DNA from: an uncultured Phycisphaeraceae bacterium
GTDB taxonomy: Bacteria; Planctomycetota; Phycisphaerae; Phycisphaerales; Phycisphaeraceae
Direction: 5' to 3'
Assembly: GCA_964527265.1 (NCBI GenBank)
Contig: CAZGOM010000006.1
Coordinates: forward strand, 3,259-67,258
Length of the DNA stretch: 64,000 nt
Position numbers and translations under genes: made by a program. Of this stretch, positions 62,481 through 64,000 are shown piece by piece. How positions within the stretch are numbered: position 1 is the first letter of the stretch; the number at the start of each line of letters is the position of its first letter. The notes under the pieces were generated by a model. It had not been told where the DNA came from. It saw only the letters and a list, made by a program, of their open reading frames with translations, and did not search any database.

Positions 62481-64000
62481 TTATGCGCTAGCGAGATCGG
62501 GCTTGGGGGTTTGATCCGACTGCGGTGGGTCGGGGGGATCGAAGTTCAGGATGATGGTTCTGACGGCTTCGATGAATACCCATCCTGCCAGAGCCATGAG
62601 CACCAGCGCAACATAGGGTACCGGATCGGAGGATTTTTGTGTGCCCTGACCGGAGAAGCCACGGTATGTAAGTATGGAAAGTGCGGAAAAGGACGTGACG
62701 TACATGAAGAGTGTCGGCAAACCGACGACGAGCCAGACCCATTTTGCGCGATAGGTTTGCCAGAGCCAGACGCTGACGCCGACGAGGGAGAGTGCGGCGA
62801 GGAGTTGGTTGGAGGCGCCAAAGAGGGTCCAGTAGGTGAGCCAGGCGGGTTTTTTATCGCCGAGCGTGAGGAAGATGAAAAAGAGGGGGACGCCGACGGT
62901 GAGGAGGGTGGCCAGATGGCGCAGGGGGCCGCGGGTCCAGCCGGTGAGTTCTTCGACGATGTAGCGGCCCAGGCGGGTGCAGACGTCGAGGGTGTCGTAG
63001 ATGAAGGTGGTGAAGGCCAGAAGGCCGAAGGTGATGGCGAAGGGGGCGGGGATGCCGAAGATGCTCATGAATTTGGCTTGGCCGACGGCATAAATGAGGT
63101 CGGGCTTGGCATTTGCGCCTAAGGCTTTAAGGCCGTCCTGAGTCAGCATCATGACGCAGATGAGGGAAATGACGGAGACCATGGCTTCCAGGAGCATTGC
63201 GCCGTAGGCGACGGGGAGGGCGTCGGATTCCCTGGCGAGCTGTTTGGAAGTGGTGCCTGAGGCAATGATGGAATGGAAGCCGGAACAGGCCCCGCAGGCG
63301 ATGGTGATAAAGAGGAAGGGATAGAGGGCGTCGGAGGTGGCGGTGGGGGCGATGAAGGCGGGGTATTCGATCTGATAGCCGCCAAAGAGGATGCCGACGG
63401 CGGCGGCGGCGAGGGCGATGTAGAGGAACCAGCCGCCGAGATAGCCGCGGGGCTGAAGAAGGAGCCAGACGGGGGCGATAGAGGCCCAGATACAGTAGGC
63501 CATGAGCAGGAGGCACCAGGTCATTTTGGCGGTGGGGAGGGCTTTGGCCTCGGAAAGCCCGAAATAGGTGTAAACGGCGGTGATGTCCATGGGGATGTAT
63601 TTGCCGCCCCAGATGGCGAGGCCGACCAGGGGGAGGCAAATGGCGGTGGCCCAGAGCAGGGGAAGCTTGAGATAACGCATGGCCACACCCATTGCGATGG
63701 GAATGATGAGGTAGAGCGTGCTGGAGGTGGCAATGGCGGCCCCGGCGACTTTGGTGCCGTCATCGAGGGTTTTGGTGCCGACCATGGTGGAGGCGATGAT
63801 GTCGGTGAAGGCGACGATGATGTAGACAAGGGCGATCCAGATAAAGGCGAGAAAGAGCAGATAAGAGCGGTGGGTGACATGCATGCGCACGACTTCGGCG
63901 ATGGAGCGGGCGCGGTGGCGCACGGAGGCGGTGAGGGCGGCCAGGTCATGGACGCCGCCGACGAAGACGCTGCCGATGAGTATCCAGATGAGGGCGGGGA
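62481..64000 (-). CDS. cstA: carbon starvation protein A (5' end lies beyond the right edge)
   Basis: Polytopic membrane protein with the CstA signature ITIACGACSGFHSIIASGTTSKQL. The reading frame stays open upstream of the ORF-track start (…LIWILIGSVFVGGVHDLAALTASVRHRARSIAEV…), which is conserved CstA N-terminal sequence. Confidence 0.9.
   Translation of the reverse strand, partial: PALIWILIGSVFVGGVHDLAALTASVRHRARSIAEVVRMHVTHRSYLLFLAFIWIALVYIIVAFTDIIASTMVGTKTLDDGTKVAGAAIATSSTLYLIIPIAMGVAMRYLKLPLLWATAICLPLVGLAIWGGKYIPMDITAVYTYFGLSEAKALPTAKMTWCLLLMAYCIWASIAPVWLLLQPRGYLGGWFLYIALAAAAVGILFGGYQIEYPAFIAPTATSDALYPFLFITIACGACSGFHSIIASGTTSKQLARESDALPVAYGAMLLEAMVSVISLICVMMLTQDGLKALGANAKPDLIYAVGQAKFMSIFGIPAPFAITFGLLAFTTFIYDTLDVCTRLGRYIVEELTGWTRGPLRHLATLLTVGVPLFFIFLTLGDKKPAWLTYWTLFGASNQLLAALSLVGVSVWLWQTYRAKWVWLVVGLPTLFMYVTSFSALSILTYRGFSGQGTQKSSDPVPYVALVLMALAGWVFIEAVRTIILNFDPPDPPQSDQTPKPDLASA

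Noticed and set aside
1-64000. Search for CRISPR arrays, IS elements or transposases, integrases, prophage genes, restriction-modification systems, toxin-antitoxin pairs, retron or DGR reverse transcriptases, and rRNA.
   Set aside because: I saw none: no regularly spaced 25-40-nt repeats, no DDE or tyrosine-recombinase-like ORFs, no RT motifs, and no direct repeats of the tRNA ends.

Overview
High-GC bacterial chromosomal window, densely coding: about 58 CDSs and 2 tRNAs. I saw no rRNA, CRISPR array, transposase, integrase, phage gene or recognisable defence or toxin-antitoxin module. Three orphan prepilin-type (DUF1559-like) proteins, futalosine-pathway mqnA, many Gfo/Idh/MocA and carbohydrate-active enzymes, and a giant repeat protein with an LExLExR-type N-terminus suggest the PVC superphylum, probably Verrucomicrobiota (inference only). 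Firm housekeeping genes are accB-accC, uvrA, an M24 aminopeptidase, beta-carbonic anhydrase, cstA (cut by the right edge), tRNA-Gly(UCC) and tRNA-Gln(CUG). Accessory content: a 1,847-aa surface giant; a tandem pair of CE4 deacetylases beside a secreted TIM-barrel-like protein; two divergent beta-propeller glycosidase-like paralogs; a 4-gene 6-deoxyhexose oxidation-like operon; and a 4-gene sugar-modification cluster (epimerase, ThDP enzyme, NeuB-like synthase, GtrA). I did not find a convincing new multi-gene system. The most unusual signals are non-genic. One is a dispersed family of G3-tract heptad/octad arrays (GGGTNNN)4-5, all G-rich on the + strand regardless of gene orientation. The second is a recurrent CCC-AUG start context with G-poor leaders. 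The third is a set of polypurine intergenic tracts with (GA)n microsatellites. Also of interest are a tandem pair of uncharacterised membrane-anchored 4-Cys proteins and an orphan gene with a long hairpin-rich leader. Most other long ORFs in the track are antisense or off-frame shadows typical of high-GC DNA. All calls rest on motif recognition by eye, with no searches run. Hand-located small features and internal start codons may be off by 1-2 nt.
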